From positions 1 to 41,647 of the IMG/VR virus record IMGVR_UViG_3300020045_010930: a stretch of 41,647 bases of DNA, one strand, 5' to 3'. A program made the translations under genes and the position numbers. Of this stretch, positions 6,541 through 15,808 are shown in pieces. Source of the DNA: a virus. Lineage: Duplodnaviria > Caudoviricetes. Below the pieces are notes generated by a model. The model was given only the letters and a program-made list of their open reading frames with translations, ran no database searches and was not told the origin of the DNA. The stretch's first letter is position 1; every line of letters starts with the position of its first letter.

Positions 6541-7059
6541 ATGGATTTGTCAAAAACAATTATCCCAAAATCAGACCAATTAAATGCAGATGATTTAATA
6601 TCAGGATCAAAAACTATCAAAATTCGTGAAGTAAAAGCTGGAGCAGACGAAACGCAACCAGTAGCTATTTATTTCTATGGCGACAACAACAAGCCTTTTA
6701 AACCTTGCAAGTCTATGCGTAGGGTTTTAGTTCAGTTATGGGGGGCAGATGGGTTGCAATATATAGGGCACAGATTGACAATATATCGTGAAAATAGTGT
6801 AAAGTGGTCAGGGGTTGAAGTGGGTGGGATTAGAATTAGCCACGCTTCACATATTGCAGAGCCAACACGTGTTCTTGTTACGATATCAAGAAATAAACGT
6901 GTACCTATTACTATTGATATTTTACCATTGGTAGAATTAAAAGATTTGGCAGGCGCAAGAACAGCTATCAAAGATAAAAAAGCAACTCTTTCTGCTATTT
7001 TAGAAAAGTACGACTTGACGGCTGAACAATTAAAAACTTTGCAAGATGAAACAGTCTGA
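6541..7059 (+). CDS. Conserved phage protein, putative ssDNA-annealing/recombination factor
   Basis: SDQLNADDL, KPCKSMRRVL, VGGIRISH; beside exonuclease and SSB; replaced by a Sak-like gene in copy 2. Confidence 0.55.
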   Translation: MDLSKTIIPKSDQLNADDLISGSKTIKIREVKAGADETQPVAIYFYGDNNKPFKPCKSMRRVLVQLWGADGLQYIGHRLTIYRENSVKWSGVEVGGIRISHASHIAEPTRVLVTISRNKRVPITIDILPLVELKDLAGARTAIKDKKATLSAILEKYDLTAEQLKTLQDETV

Positions 7060-7186
7060 CCAAATAGGATGCGGATATTGTGATAAAGAAAAAACGTGTA
7101 AAATCCGTGACCCTAAAATCAACAAAGCAAAACTAGACTGTAAAGAATTTAAACATTATTCAAAAGATGGAAATAAAAAAATTTAA
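7046..7186 (+). CDS. Small four-Cys protein
   Basis: MKQSDQIGCGYCDKEKTCKIRDPKINKAKLDCKEF..., 46 aa, fills the intergenic gap. Confidence 0.5.
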   Translation: MKQSDQIGCGYCDKEKTCKIRDPKINKAKLDCKEFKHYSKDGNKKI

Positions 7187-8018
7187 ATGCAGAGCGTCAA
7201 AGATTGGTATCTTAATGACTAATCATTCTGGAAAATCGTATAAAGAACAGTATGATGATGCCTTGTCGAAAAAAGAATCTTTAAACATCAGGCTGTCTGA
7301 ATTCAAAAACAAAGAATGTAAAACAGCTTTGCAAATTGTTAACGAAAAATTACCAGAAACGGATAAAGAAATCGAAAGATTAAAGCCTTTGATTGACGAA
7401 GTAATATTAAGCGAAAGCACAAAATCATACTGCAAAGAATGGCTTATTTCTGAAATCACAGGAAAACAAAAAGACATTCGATCAAAATATCTTTCACGTG
7501 GAAAAGCAATGGAAGAAGCCGCGATTAAACGAATTGCTAAACATTACGGCTGTGAACTGGTAAAAAACGAAATTCAGTTAGAAAATGAATATTTCACAGG
7601 AATGTTTGATACAAAAAATACCGATACGGTTATTGATGCTAAAGTTCCATTTGATTGCTTTACTTTTCCTTTTTTTGTATCAATAATTGACCCTGATTAC
7701 TACGGACAACTACAAGGATATATGAACTTGACAGGGTTAAAAAAAGGTAGTCTTTGCTATTGTTTAGAAAATGGTAGCGAAGAACAAATAGACAAATTAT
7801 ATTGGCAAATAGCCAAAGATTTAGGAAAAGATGAGCCAGATATTGAAGAGTGGGATTTAGCAGAAAATCAATTAAACTACGATAATTTGTCGGATGAATT
7901 ACGTATAAAAACTTTTGAGTTTGGATATGATGAAGATTATATTAATAGGGCTGAACAAATGGTTTTAGCTTGTAGAAAGTACATTAAAGAAGAATTATTA
8001 ACACAAATTAAATTTTAA
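7167..8018 (+). CDS. YqaJ/lambda-exonuclease-like nuclease
   Basis: RASKIG, RG..ME, FTG..D....DAK, YYGQLQGYM.LTG. Confidence 0.75.
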   Translation: MEIKKFKCRASKIGILMTNHSGKSYKEQYDDALSKKESLNIRLSEFKNKECKTALQIVNEKLPETDKEIERLKPLIDEVILSESTKSYCKEWLISEITGKQKDIRSKYLSRGKAMEEAAIKRIAKHYGCELVKNEIQLENEYFTGMFDTKNTDTVIDAKVPFDCFTFPFFVSIIDPDYYGQLQGYMNLTGLKKGSLCYCLENGSEEQIDKLYWQIAKDLGKDEPDIEEWDLAENQLNYDNLSDELRIKTFEFGYDEDYINRAEQMVLACRKYIKEELLTQIKF

Positions 8019-8020
8019 AA

Positions 8021-8359
8021 ATGTCAAAAATCACAATTACATTAGACGCAACTAAATTGAGAAATTTAGTAACAAAAAGAGAGTTCGATGCAAAAGACGG
8101 AACTAAAATGCAAGTTCAAGAAGTTAGATTTGAATTAGTAGAAATAAAAGAACCTAAAATAATTCACGAAGGTAGCGGTTACAAATTGCAAAAATCACAT
8201 TTCGCAAGCGTAATTCAAACCAAAGAAGAACGAGAAGCAAAAGCCGAAACAATTTTCATTGGCGAAGGAATTACTACTTTGTGGGACAAAAAAGAAGAGG
8301 TTTTTAATGCTGTTCCTGTTTCAGAAAGTCAAGAAGAACCTGATGATTTACCATTCTGA
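8021..8359 (+). CDS. ssb: ssDNA-binding protein
   Basis: Beta-rich, acidic tail ending DDLPF, in the recombination module. Confidence 0.7.
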   Translation: MSKITITLDATKLRNLVTKREFDAKDGTKMQVQEVRFELVEIKEPKIIHEGSGYKLQKSHFASVIQTKEEREAKAETIFIGEGITTLWDKKEEVFNAVPVSESQEEPDDLPF

Positions 8360-8400
8360 CAATACCCAGCATTCCGACTATTAGTAGAAACATTTGACTT

Positions 8401-8430
8401 AAACCCTCTTAATTGAGGGTTTGTTTATTT
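8401..8430 (+). terminator. Intrinsic terminator
   Basis: AAACCCTC-TTAATT-GAGGGTTT plus T-rich tail. Confidence 0.7.
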
Positions 8431-8489
8431 AGACTAAATATAAACTAATACCAAAAGTATTATTTATCCAAATGTTATTCTTATATTTG
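8427..8489 (+). promoter_or_regulatory. Promoter with upstream ATTTA-N9-TAAAC box
   Basis: TATATTTG at 8482-8489; box at 8427-8445. Confidence 0.6.
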
Positions 8490-8516
8490 TATAACAAAAT
8501 CAAACAAATAGGAATT

Positions 8517-8678
8517 ATGAAAGTAGCAGCAAACAATATCGAATTAAACAAATGCAAAGAAGTAATGAAATCTTTAATGGTTTTAATAAAAGATTCAAAA
8601 ACGAATATTGAAGATAAAAAACAATATTATTCTGAATATCTTCAATTATCTGCTAACTCACTAATAATGTCAAGATAA
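8517..8678 (+). CDS. Hypothetical protein
   Basis: Start MKVAANN downstream of the promoter. Confidence 0.55.
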   Translation: MKVAANNIELNKCKEVMKSLMVLIKDSKTNIEDKKQYYSEYLQLSANSLIMSR

Positions 8679-8839
8679 TGAAAATAGAATTCACAGCAGT
8701 TACTCGATTAGATGAAAAGATAACGAGTAACTGCATTATTCAAAGGCAAATAGCAGATGAATTAGTCATTTATTTAGGTATAAAAAAAGGGCATTGGGTA
8801 TTAATAAAAAACGAAACTTTAAAAATCAAAACACCATGA
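8678..8839 (+). CDS. Hypothetical protein
   Basis: MKIEFTAVTR..., TAATG coupling, 53 aa. Confidence 0.5.
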   Translation: MKIEFTAVTRLDEKITSNCIIQRQIADELVIYLGIKKGHWVLIKNETLKIKTP

Positions 8840-8915
8840 AAACACTTAACAAAATTTACGACACAATTTCTTTTTTATTATTCGGTGGGAGATCAACTGG
8901 GATTAATTGTTAATT

Positions 8916-9113
8916 ATGACTAAAACAGACATACTCCGACTACTGATCGGAAAACGGACACAAAAAGAATTTGCTAAAATTCACGGCAAAGGAGAGAACC
9001 AAGTTAGCCAATGGTTACTAGAGAAAAAAAATATTTCTTATAGCACATTGCAGGAAATAGCAAAAGCAGAGGGGTATTTATTAACGATTGAATTTGAATT
9101 AGAGAAATTATGA
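8916..9113 (+). CDS. XRE/Cro-type HTH regulator
   Basis: TQKEFAKIHG....QVSQWL..K.NIS.STL.EIA. Confidence 0.8.
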   Translation: MTKTDILRLLIGKRTQKEFAKIHGKGENQVSQWLLEKKNISYSTLQEIAKAEGYLLTIEFELEKL

Positions 9114-9487
9114 CAAAAGAAGAGAAAATACAGGAAGAATGGGGAGAAGATTTTAATAAAATTATTAATTCCGACGGATGGATGCTGTACGATAATCAAT
9201 CCGATATTAGAGATTTAGTAAAGAATTCTAAATTTGACTTCAAAAAGAACGAAGTGAGTAGGAATGTTTTTTTTAGACCAAAATCCCTCCAAGGAATCGA
9301 AAATAACAACGGCTGGATTAAAATTGAAAGCGAAGAGGATTTGCCGAAAGAAAATTGTGATGTTTGGTGCATTATAAAAAATAGTGATGTACATTATAGA
9401 AGATTTCAAGTCAATATGTCAAGATGGTGGACAGAATATATAAAATACTACCAACCAATACAAAAACCAAAACCACCTTTATACTAG
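9110..9487 (+). CDS. Hypothetical phage protein (RPKSLQGIENNNGWIKI type)
   Basis: ORF track; DUF551-like ending YYQPI.KP.PP. Confidence 0.7.
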   Translation: MTKEEKIQEEWGEDFNKIINSDGWMLYDNQSDIRDLVKNSKFDFKKNEVSRNVFFRPKSLQGIENNNGWIKIESEEDLPKENCDVWCIIKNSDVHYRRFQVNMSRWWTEYIKYYQPIQKPKPPLY

Positions 9488-9492
9488 AAATT

Positions 9493-9948
9493 ATGAAATT
9501 AGAATTAAAACATTTAGCAGGGTATTTGCCTTATGGGTTGGAAGTTGCGATAATGGGAGAGTTAAAAGAGCCAGATAGTCACGAACCAATAATATTTGAA
9601 TTAGTTGGATTAGATACTAATTACGTGGAATATCACGAAATAGGCAGAAGCGTGACTGAACAGGCTGTGTTTAGCGATTGTTTTCCGATCCTACGCCCAC
9701 TTTCAGACCTTACAAAAGAGATTGAGGTTAATGGAGAAAAGTTTGTGCCGATTGTCGAATTGGCTTTTACAAGTAATTTATCTATGTATCAATTTATTGA
9801 TGGCTTATTTTACTCTAATAATTATGGTAAATATTTAAAAATAAAAGAAATGCCTTATGTTGTAATCGAAAAACTCTACGAATGGCACTTCGACATTCAC
9901 GGACTAATCGAAAAAAGTTTGGCAATCGACAAAAAAACTTTATTATGA
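9493..9948 (+). CDS. Hypothetical phage protein
   Basis: Start MKLELKHLAGYLPYGL; PILRPLSDL, WHFDI motifs. Confidence 0.7.
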   Translation: MKLELKHLAGYLPYGLEVAIMGELKEPDSHEPIIFELVGLDTNYVEYHEIGRSVTEQAVFSDCFPILRPLSDLTKEIEVNGEKFVPIVELAFTSNLSMYQFIDGLFYSNNYGKYLKIKEMPYVVIEKLYEWHFDIHGLIEKSLAIDKKTLL

Positions 9949-10376
9949 AAACACTAAAAGACCTCGCACTTGCATTCCTTTTATGGATTGCACTACTAAC
10001 ATGCACTTGCGCACTTTCGCAAATCCACGTCAAAGACAATCAATCATTTCATATCGGCATCGGAAACGATGGAGTTGAAATTGAAACATCGAGAAACCTC
10101 TATATCCGTGGAGGAGTTGGAATTGATAAAGCGGTTGCTGGAGTTGGATTGAATATTTCTGATAGTTACGACGACAACTGGGTAAATCATTTTGGAATTC
10201 GATTAGGAAAACTTCACGGAGAACCTACTGGGGTATTTGGTTTGGAATACGGAGTTGACAAAAAATTAACTGAAAATCTGTTTGTTGGAGGTCGTGTTTA
10301 TAATGATTGGGTAGCAAAAAACACAGGTACGCAGTCAAGAGTTGGCTGGGGAATTAGATTAGGGTTTGTGTTATGA
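9945..10376 (+). CDS. Putative small outer-membrane beta-barrel
   Basis: Signal peptide ...ALS|Q, Gly-rich alternating strands, ends GIRLGFVL. Confidence 0.55.
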   Translation: MKTLKDLALAFLLWIALLTCTCALSQIHVKDNQSFHIGIGNDGVEIETSRNLYIRGGVGIDKAVAGVGLNISDSYDDNWVNHFGIRLGKLHGEPTGVFGLEYGVDKKLTENLFVGGRVYNDWVAKNTGTQSRVGWGIRLGFVL

Positions 10377-10582
10377 AATCTATAAATCAAATAGCTAGAG
10401 AGTGCGGTATAGTTTGGCAACGGGTTAGAGAAGTTGTGCGTAAAGAGGGAATTCTACCCGCTAAAACAATAGGTAGAAAGCAGTTTTATAACGAATATCA
10501 AGAAGATTACATACATAGTATTTTGTATTTTTCTCTGATGACTACAGAAATAACAATTGAATCAAAAATGAATAAATTATGA
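10373..10582 (+). CDS. HTH-like DNA-binding protein
   Basis: SINQIARECGI...RV.....GILP....GR..FY. Confidence 0.55.
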   Translation: MKSINQIARECGIVWQRVREVVRKEGILPAKTIGRKQFYNEYQEDYIHSILYFSLMTTEITIESKMNKL

Positions 10583-10797
10583 CAGATAAAGAATTAAAAG
10601 ATTTAGGATTCAAAGATAATTCATTTTTCGATGATGGAATTAGATTTACTGAATTTGAATTAATAACTAAAAAGTTTAAAATTGAAATAACAGGAATTAA
10701 CAGAGTTGAAATTAAATTCCCAGACACTGGATGGGTAGATGTTCCAAACTGCAAAACAATAGAAGATTTAAAACAACTTATAAAATTATTTTTATGA
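10579..10797 (+). CDS. Hypothetical protein
   Basis: ORF track, ATGA coupling. Confidence 0.6.
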   Translation: MTDKELKDLGFKDNSFFDDGIRFTEFELITKKFKIEITGINRVEIKFPDTGWVDVPNCKTIEDLKQLIKLFL

Positions 10798-10920
10798 CAA
10801 CCCCCGAAATATTCCAAAAACACAATCAACAGCTAAAAAGTAAATTGATTCCAGAAAAAACAGAACCGATATATTGTAATTCGGTTATTAATCCTAGTAA
10901 TGAACTTAAAAATTAAAATT

Positions 10921-11106
10921 ATGAAAACAACAGTAAAAACAACAATTAAAGGAAGTGAGAACCTTTTTGTGACTCAAAGTGCAGATGCAATTTATGACGC
11001 ATTAGCGGACAAGCACTCATTTATTAAATTAACTTTAATTGCTCACGATGGCAAGAAAACCCACATTGGAATTAAAAAAACTTCAATTAAAATGTTTAAA
11101 GAATGA
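10921..11106 (+). CDS. Hypothetical protein
   Basis: Start MKTTVK after AAAATT. Confidence 0.6.
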   Translation: MKTTVKTTIKGSENLFVTQSADAIYDALADKHSFIKLTLIAHDGKKTHIGIKKTSIKMFKE

Positions 11107-11261
11107 AAGATTTAATCGAACGCATCAAATCAATTCATATAGAATTAAAAGATTTGAAAAAAGAGCGAAATAAAATTCAAAAACAAATCGATAGCAAAGA
11201 AGGTGTTTTGGAAGAGTTAGAAAAATTGACTGTTAATCAATTAGATTTGTTTAAGGAATGA
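11103..11261 (+). CDS. 52-aa coiled-coil protein ending in QLDLF
   Basis: ATGA overlaps on both sides; not in the track. Confidence 0.65.
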   Translation: MKDLIERIKSIHIELKDLKKERNKIQKQIDSKEGVLEELEKLTVNQLDLFKE

Positions 11262-11470
11262 AAATACATTGTACAGATTGCACGCATTTCAAAGATGGAG
11301 TGTGTGCTAAAAATTCAAAGAACGGTTATTTTAATTGCAAGAAATTCAAAAGCATCCCGATTGATGTCCTGACCAAAGAATATAAATCATTACTGGTTTC
11401 AAAATCAAATCCAGAACGATTAAAATTTCTGAAAGACAAACTAGAATCATTTAATGGAGGGATAATTTAA
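11258..11470 (+). CDS. Small four-Cys protein
   Basis: CTDC...C...C. Confidence 0.6.
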   Translation: MKIHCTDCTHFKDGVCAKNSKNGYFNCKKFKSIPIDVLTKEYKSLLVSKSNPERLKFLKDKLESFNGGII

Positions 11471-11546
11471 TGCAAATCGATAAAGAAAAAGCGAGGGAAA
11501 TTAAAAAGAAAATTGATTATATACATTGGGGGGTTGAATAAATTAG

Positions 11547-11595
11547 TACATTTGTAATAACAAAATAAGCCAGTTTAATTATTGGCTTTTGTTTT
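11547..11595 (+). promoter_or_regulatory. Promoter -7 element followed by a terminator-like hairpin
   Basis: TACATTTG, then AAGCCAGT/ATTGGCTT plus T-rich tail. Confidence 0.45.
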
Positions 11596-11618
11596 AATTA
11601 AAAACTAAACATTGTAAA

Positions 11619-11768
11619 ATGGCAAAAGAAATTAGAAAAGACCTTTATACTCAAAGTAATTACGCTAAAAAAATAGGCGTAACACGGGCTAGGGTTAACC
11701 AAATGGTTAAGGCTGGAGAACTGAAAACGGTTTCAGTAAATGGTGGTATTTTAATAAAAATAGCTTAA
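11619..11768 (+). CDS. Small HTH protein upstream of the replication gene
   Basis: TQSNYAKKIGVTRARVNQMVKAGELKTV, 49 aa; not in the track. Confidence 0.7.
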   Translation: MAKEIRKDLYTQSNYAKKIGVTRARVNQMVKAGELKTVSVNGGILIKIA

Positions 11769-11805
11769 TTTTTTTAGCTAAAAACACTTAACAAAGTTAA
11801 CATAA

Positions 11806-14040
11806 ATGGATAAATCATTTTTAAAAAGACTTATAGATTCTAACTTATCTATCATACCAGTATCATTAGATAAAAGGCCTTTTGGGGCTTGGAAAAAATG
11901 GCAAACCGAGGCCAGAACAAAAGAGGACATTGACAAACTTGAAAGCCCACTTTATGGTATCGTAACTGGATATAATAATGTTGAGGTTATCGATGTTGAT
12001 TTGAAAGTTTTCGCAACGCTACAAGAACAAAACGACTTCTGGAGCGAATTTTTATCTTTCCTAAAAGATAATATTGATGATTTTGATAAGAAATTTGTAA
12101 TTTATAAAACAAAAAACCAAGGGTATCACATTTTATACAAGTGCGAAACTATCTCAGGAAATACAAAAATAGCAAACTTAAAAGGAATTAAAGAGGCCGT
12201 AATAGAATCCAGAGGTATAGGCGGGATGGTTGTAATTTATGACAATCAAATTTCAAAGTTGGCCTATTCTGAAATTCAAACTATTACGCCACGTGATAGG
12301 GATATAGCCTGGGGAATTGCTAAAACCTATAATTATATTGATGAGGCCGTAATCGAAAAACCAAAAGTAAAAGGCCAAGAATTGAACGAGGCCATAATAA
12401 CACCTTGGGATGACTATAATTCAAAGGTTAGTATTTTTGATTTAATATCAAGTGAATTGAAAATAGTTAGAACATTAAACGATAGGTATATTTTAAAACG
12501 TATTGGATCGGAACATCCAATGTCAGGAAGTGTTTTTAAATCAAATGGGTGTATGTATCTTTTTTCTACTGGGACTTCTTGGGAAAACGAAAAACTTTAC
12601 AGTCCTTTTACAGCATACAGCCGTTATTATCATAAAGATGACCATACAGCGGCCGCAAGTGATTTGTACAAAAAAGGATACGGCACACGGTTTGTCGGTA
12701 AAAAAGTTGATGTAGAAAAACGAGAAGTACCTAAAATAAATAAAGACGATTTAGTTTTTCCTATCGATATATTCCCAGAACCAATACAGGCCTATATTTT
12801 AGAATGTAAGGATACTTTGGATAGTTCAGTAGATTATATGGGATGTTCTATGCTTTGGTTAATTTCCGTTATTGTTGGTAATTCAATTCAAATTGAAGTA
12901 AAAAAAGGGTGGACTGAAACAGCTACTATTTGGTTGGCCGTTGTTGGTAAAGCTGGACTCGGAAAAACACCGAGTATCCACAATATAATTAAGCCTTTGT
13001 TAATGGCCAACAATAAGGAAATTAAAAAATACATAAAACAATCTGAAAAATATGAGTATTACGATAAATTATCGGCCAAAGAAAAGAAAGACCACGAAGA
13101 AATTCAAAAGCCAACTAAAAGCCAATTTATAGCCAATGATATTACTATTGAGGCTTTAGTAGAACTACACCAAGAAAACCCTAATAGTGTGGGGGTTTTT
13201 AAAGATGAGTTGGCAGGATGGTTTAAGGATATGAATAAATATAGAGAGGGTTCAGATTTAGAATTTTGGCTATCTACTTGGAGCGGTAAAGCTATTTCAT
13301 TGAACCGTAAAACGGCCAAATCCGCTTTTGTAGATAAACCGCTTGTTTCTGTTCTTGGTGGAATACAACCGAGCATATTAAATGCTTTTTATACCGATGA
13401 CAACAAGGATAATGGATTTATGGATAGGATGCTTTTGTCATACCCTGATTTAGAGATTGAAAAATGGAATGATAAAGAAATGGATTATAATACAATTCAA
13501 TGGTATCAAGATTCTATAATTTCATTTTACGAAACCATAAAACACAAAGTAGTCCAATATGATGAGGATGGAGATATTAAACCGCAAACGGCCATTATAC
13601 CACCTGAAAGTAAAAAGGAATGGATTAGGGTATTTAATGAATATACAGCCATTCAAAACTCGGATGCCGAAAATGAATATATGAAATCTATGTTGCCTAA
13701 ACAAAAATCCTACTTACCAAGGTTCGCTTTATTGATTAATACTATGGATAGTTTTTTTGATGACACACATAAAATGGACGCTCGGTCAATATCTAAAGAA
13801 TCTATTTTAAAGGCCGAGAAAGTTTCAAAGTATTTTATAGCTATGGCCAAGAAAATTAAAGTTAATTCAGTGGAAACTCACGAAATTAAAACAATAATAA
13901 CGGCCAATAAAACCAAATCAAACAAAGAGAAGTTTTTAGAATTGTATAAAATTAATCCAGAATTGGATAAAAAAGAAGTGGCCGAAATACTTGGAGTTTC
14001 ATTACAAATGATATACAAATACGTAAAAGAGGCCAAGTAA
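11806..14040 (+). CDS. Primase-polymerase (AEP) fused to DUF3987-like P-loop helicase, C-terminal HTH
   Basis: KRP..AWK.WQ, IDVD, T...GYH; Walker A GKAGLGKT, Walker B DELAG; KEVAEILGVS. Confidence 0.85.
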   Translation: MDKSFLKRLIDSNLSIIPVSLDKRPFGAWKKWQTEARTKEDIDKLESPLYGIVTGYNNVEVIDVDLKVFATLQEQNDFWSEFLSFLKDNIDDFDKKFVIYKTKNQGYHILYKCETISGNTKIANLKGIKEAVIESRGIGGMVVIYDNQISKLAYSEIQTITPRDRDIAWGIAKTYNYIDEAVIEKPKVKGQELNEAIITPWDDYNSKVSIFDLISSELKIVRTLNDRYILKRIGSEHPMSGSVFKSNGCMYLFSTGTSWENEKLYSPFTAYSRYYHKDDHTAAASDLYKKGYGTRFVGKKVDVEKREVPKINKDDLVFPIDIFPEPIQAYILECKDTLDSSVDYMGCSMLWLISVIVGNSIQIEVKKGWTETATIWLAVVGKAGLGKTPSIHNIIKPLLMANNKEIKKYIKQSEKYEYYDKLSAKEKKDHEEIQKPTKSQFIANDITIEALVELHQENPNSVGVFKDELAGWFKDMNKYREGSDLEFWLSTWSGKAISLNRKTAKSAFVDKPLVSVLGGIQPSILNAFYTDDNKDNGFMDRMLLSYPDLEIEKWNDKEMDYNTIQWYQDSIISFYETIKHKVVQYDEDGDIKPQTAIIPPESKKEWIRVFNEYTAIQNSDAENEYMKSMLPKQKSYLPRFALLINTMDSFFDDTHKMDARSISKESILKAEKVSKYFIAMAKKIKVNSVETHEIKTIITANKTKSNKEKFLELYKINPELDKKEVAEILGVSLQMIYKYVKEAK

Positions 14041-14275
14041 ATTTTAAACCATTTTAAACTAGGTTTAAAGCTGCGAAGCCTTATAAACACAAGCGATTAA
14101 GCCACTTTAAACCAGTTTTTAGTTTAAAGTATAAAAATTAAAAAAAAGTTAGATAATTTTTAAAAAAAATGGTTTTAAACCAAAAAAGTTTAAAATCGGT
14201 TTAAAAACCAATGATAGCAAAGGATTACAGCTTTAAACTAGGTTTAAAATTAGTTTAAAAAGTTTAAAAATTAAA
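14041..14275. repeat. Candidate replication origin (TTTAAA iteron-like cluster)
   Basis: Non-coding; many TTTAAA units; TTTAAACTAGGTTTAAA at 14053-14069 and 14232-14248. Confidence 0.6.
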
Positions 14276-14290
14276 ACATACAAAAAAACT

Positions 14291-15523
14291 ATGAAATTAA
14301 GACAATATCAAATAGAAATATCGGAAAAAGCACACGAAATATTACAGCGTTTGAAAATTGTTTATTTATGTTGTGAGGTTAGAACAGGAAAAACATTAAT
14401 GGCTTTAGAAACTGCAAAACTTTACGGCGCATTAAATGTTTTATTCTTAACTAAAAAGAAAGCTATTGATTCGATTTTAAAAGATTACAGGGCTTTAAAT
14501 TATCAGTATGAACTAACTGTTATAAATAACGAAAGCGTTCATAAGATAACAGAAAAATACGATTTGATTATTAGTGACGAACATCATAGAAACGGTGCAT
14601 TCCCTAAACCAAACAACGCTACTAAAATCATTAAAGAAAAGTTTTCACATTTGCCAATGATTTTTTTAAGTGGAACGCCTACTCCAGAAAGCTACTCTCA
14701 AATTTATCATCAGTTTTGGTTATCTAATTACACGCCGTTTAAAGATTATAATAATTTTTATAAATGGGCAAAAGATTACGTTAATGTTAAAAAACGATAT
14801 TTAGGATATGCAGAAGTAAATGATTATTCAGATGCCTATCAGGAACGCATAAAAAAATTAACTCAAAAATATATGATTACTTTCACACAGGAACAAGCAG
14901 GATTTGAAACGAAGGTACACGAAACTATTTTAGAGGTTGAAATGAAACCAATAATTTACAACATTTCAAAAGCTTTGAAAAAAGATAAATTATTTAAGGG
15001 TTCTACCGATATGATCTTAGGAGATACAGCTGTTAAACTTATGAGTAAATTACACCAGCTTTATTCAGGAACTTGTATTTTAGAAAGTGGTAATGGGATT
15101 GTTTTGGATAATTCTAAATTAGTTTTTATTGATAAAAAGTTCAAAAACAATAAGATTGCAATCTTCTATAAGTTTCAAATGGAACTTGAAATGATAAAAG
15201 GATTTTACGGCGATGATGTCTGCTTTGATTTAGAAACATTCGATACTACTGATAAAAACATAGCTTTGCAAATTGTTTCAGGACGTGAGGGAATAAGTTT
15301 GAAAAATGCAGATTACTTGATTTATTTAACGCCTGATTTTTCGGCTACTTCTTATTGGCAATCACGTGATCGTTTAACAACAATGGACAGAAAAGAAAAC
15401 AATGTTTTTTGGGTTTTCGCTAAACAAGGAATTGAAAATTATATTTACAAATCGATAATGAGTAAAAAAAATTATACATTATCACAATTCAAAAAAGACT
15501 ATGGCATCAAGTTTTCAAACTAA
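14291..15523 (+). CDS. Superfamily 2 helicase
   Basis: LRQYQ, VRTGKT, DEHH, LSGTP, GREGISL, QSRDR. Confidence 0.85.
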   Translation: MKLRQYQIEISEKAHEILQRLKIVYLCCEVRTGKTLMALETAKLYGALNVLFLTKKKAIDSILKDYRALNYQYELTVINNESVHKITEKYDLIISDEHHRNGAFPKPNNATKIIKEKFSHLPMIFLSGTPTPESYSQIYHQFWLSNYTPFKDYNNFYKWAKDYVNVKKRYLGYAEVNDYSDAYQERIKKLTQKYMITFTQEQAGFETKVHETILEVEMKPIIYNISKALKKDKLFKGSTDMILGDTAVKLMSKLHQLYSGTCILESGNGIVLDNSKLVFIDKKFKNNKIAIFYKFQMELEMIKGFYGDDVCFDLETFDTTDKNIALQIVSGREGISLKNADYLIYLTPDFSATSYWQSRDRLTTMDRKENNVFWVFAKQGIENYIYKSIMSKKNYTLSQFKKDYGIKFSN

Positions 15524-15773
15524 GACGATTAAAAATTACGAATCTAACGGATGGACAGTATTAAAAATAATAAATCTTTCAGACAATGGTTATCCAGATT
15601 TATTATGTATGAAATTAGGAGAAAAAGATAATTGGATTGAATGCAAAGAAGGAAAGGACACTCTTAAGGAACTGCAAAAATTTCGTATTGACGAATTAAA
15701 TAAATTAGGTAAAATAGCTTTTTGCCTTCACGACAAACAAGGTCTAATTTACCCTAACAATATCGAGTTATAA
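15501..15773 (+). CDS. VRR-NUC / PD-(D/E)XK nuclease
   Basis: GYPDLL...WIECK...L.ELQ. Confidence 0.8.
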   Translation: MASSFQTKTIKNYESNGWTVLKIINLSDNGYPDLLCMKLGEKDNWIECKEGKDTLKELQKFRIDELNKLGKIAFCLHDKQGLIYPNNIEL

Positions 15774-15808
15774 CCCCAACAAAACATTAATCACTTAAAA
15801 ATAAAATT

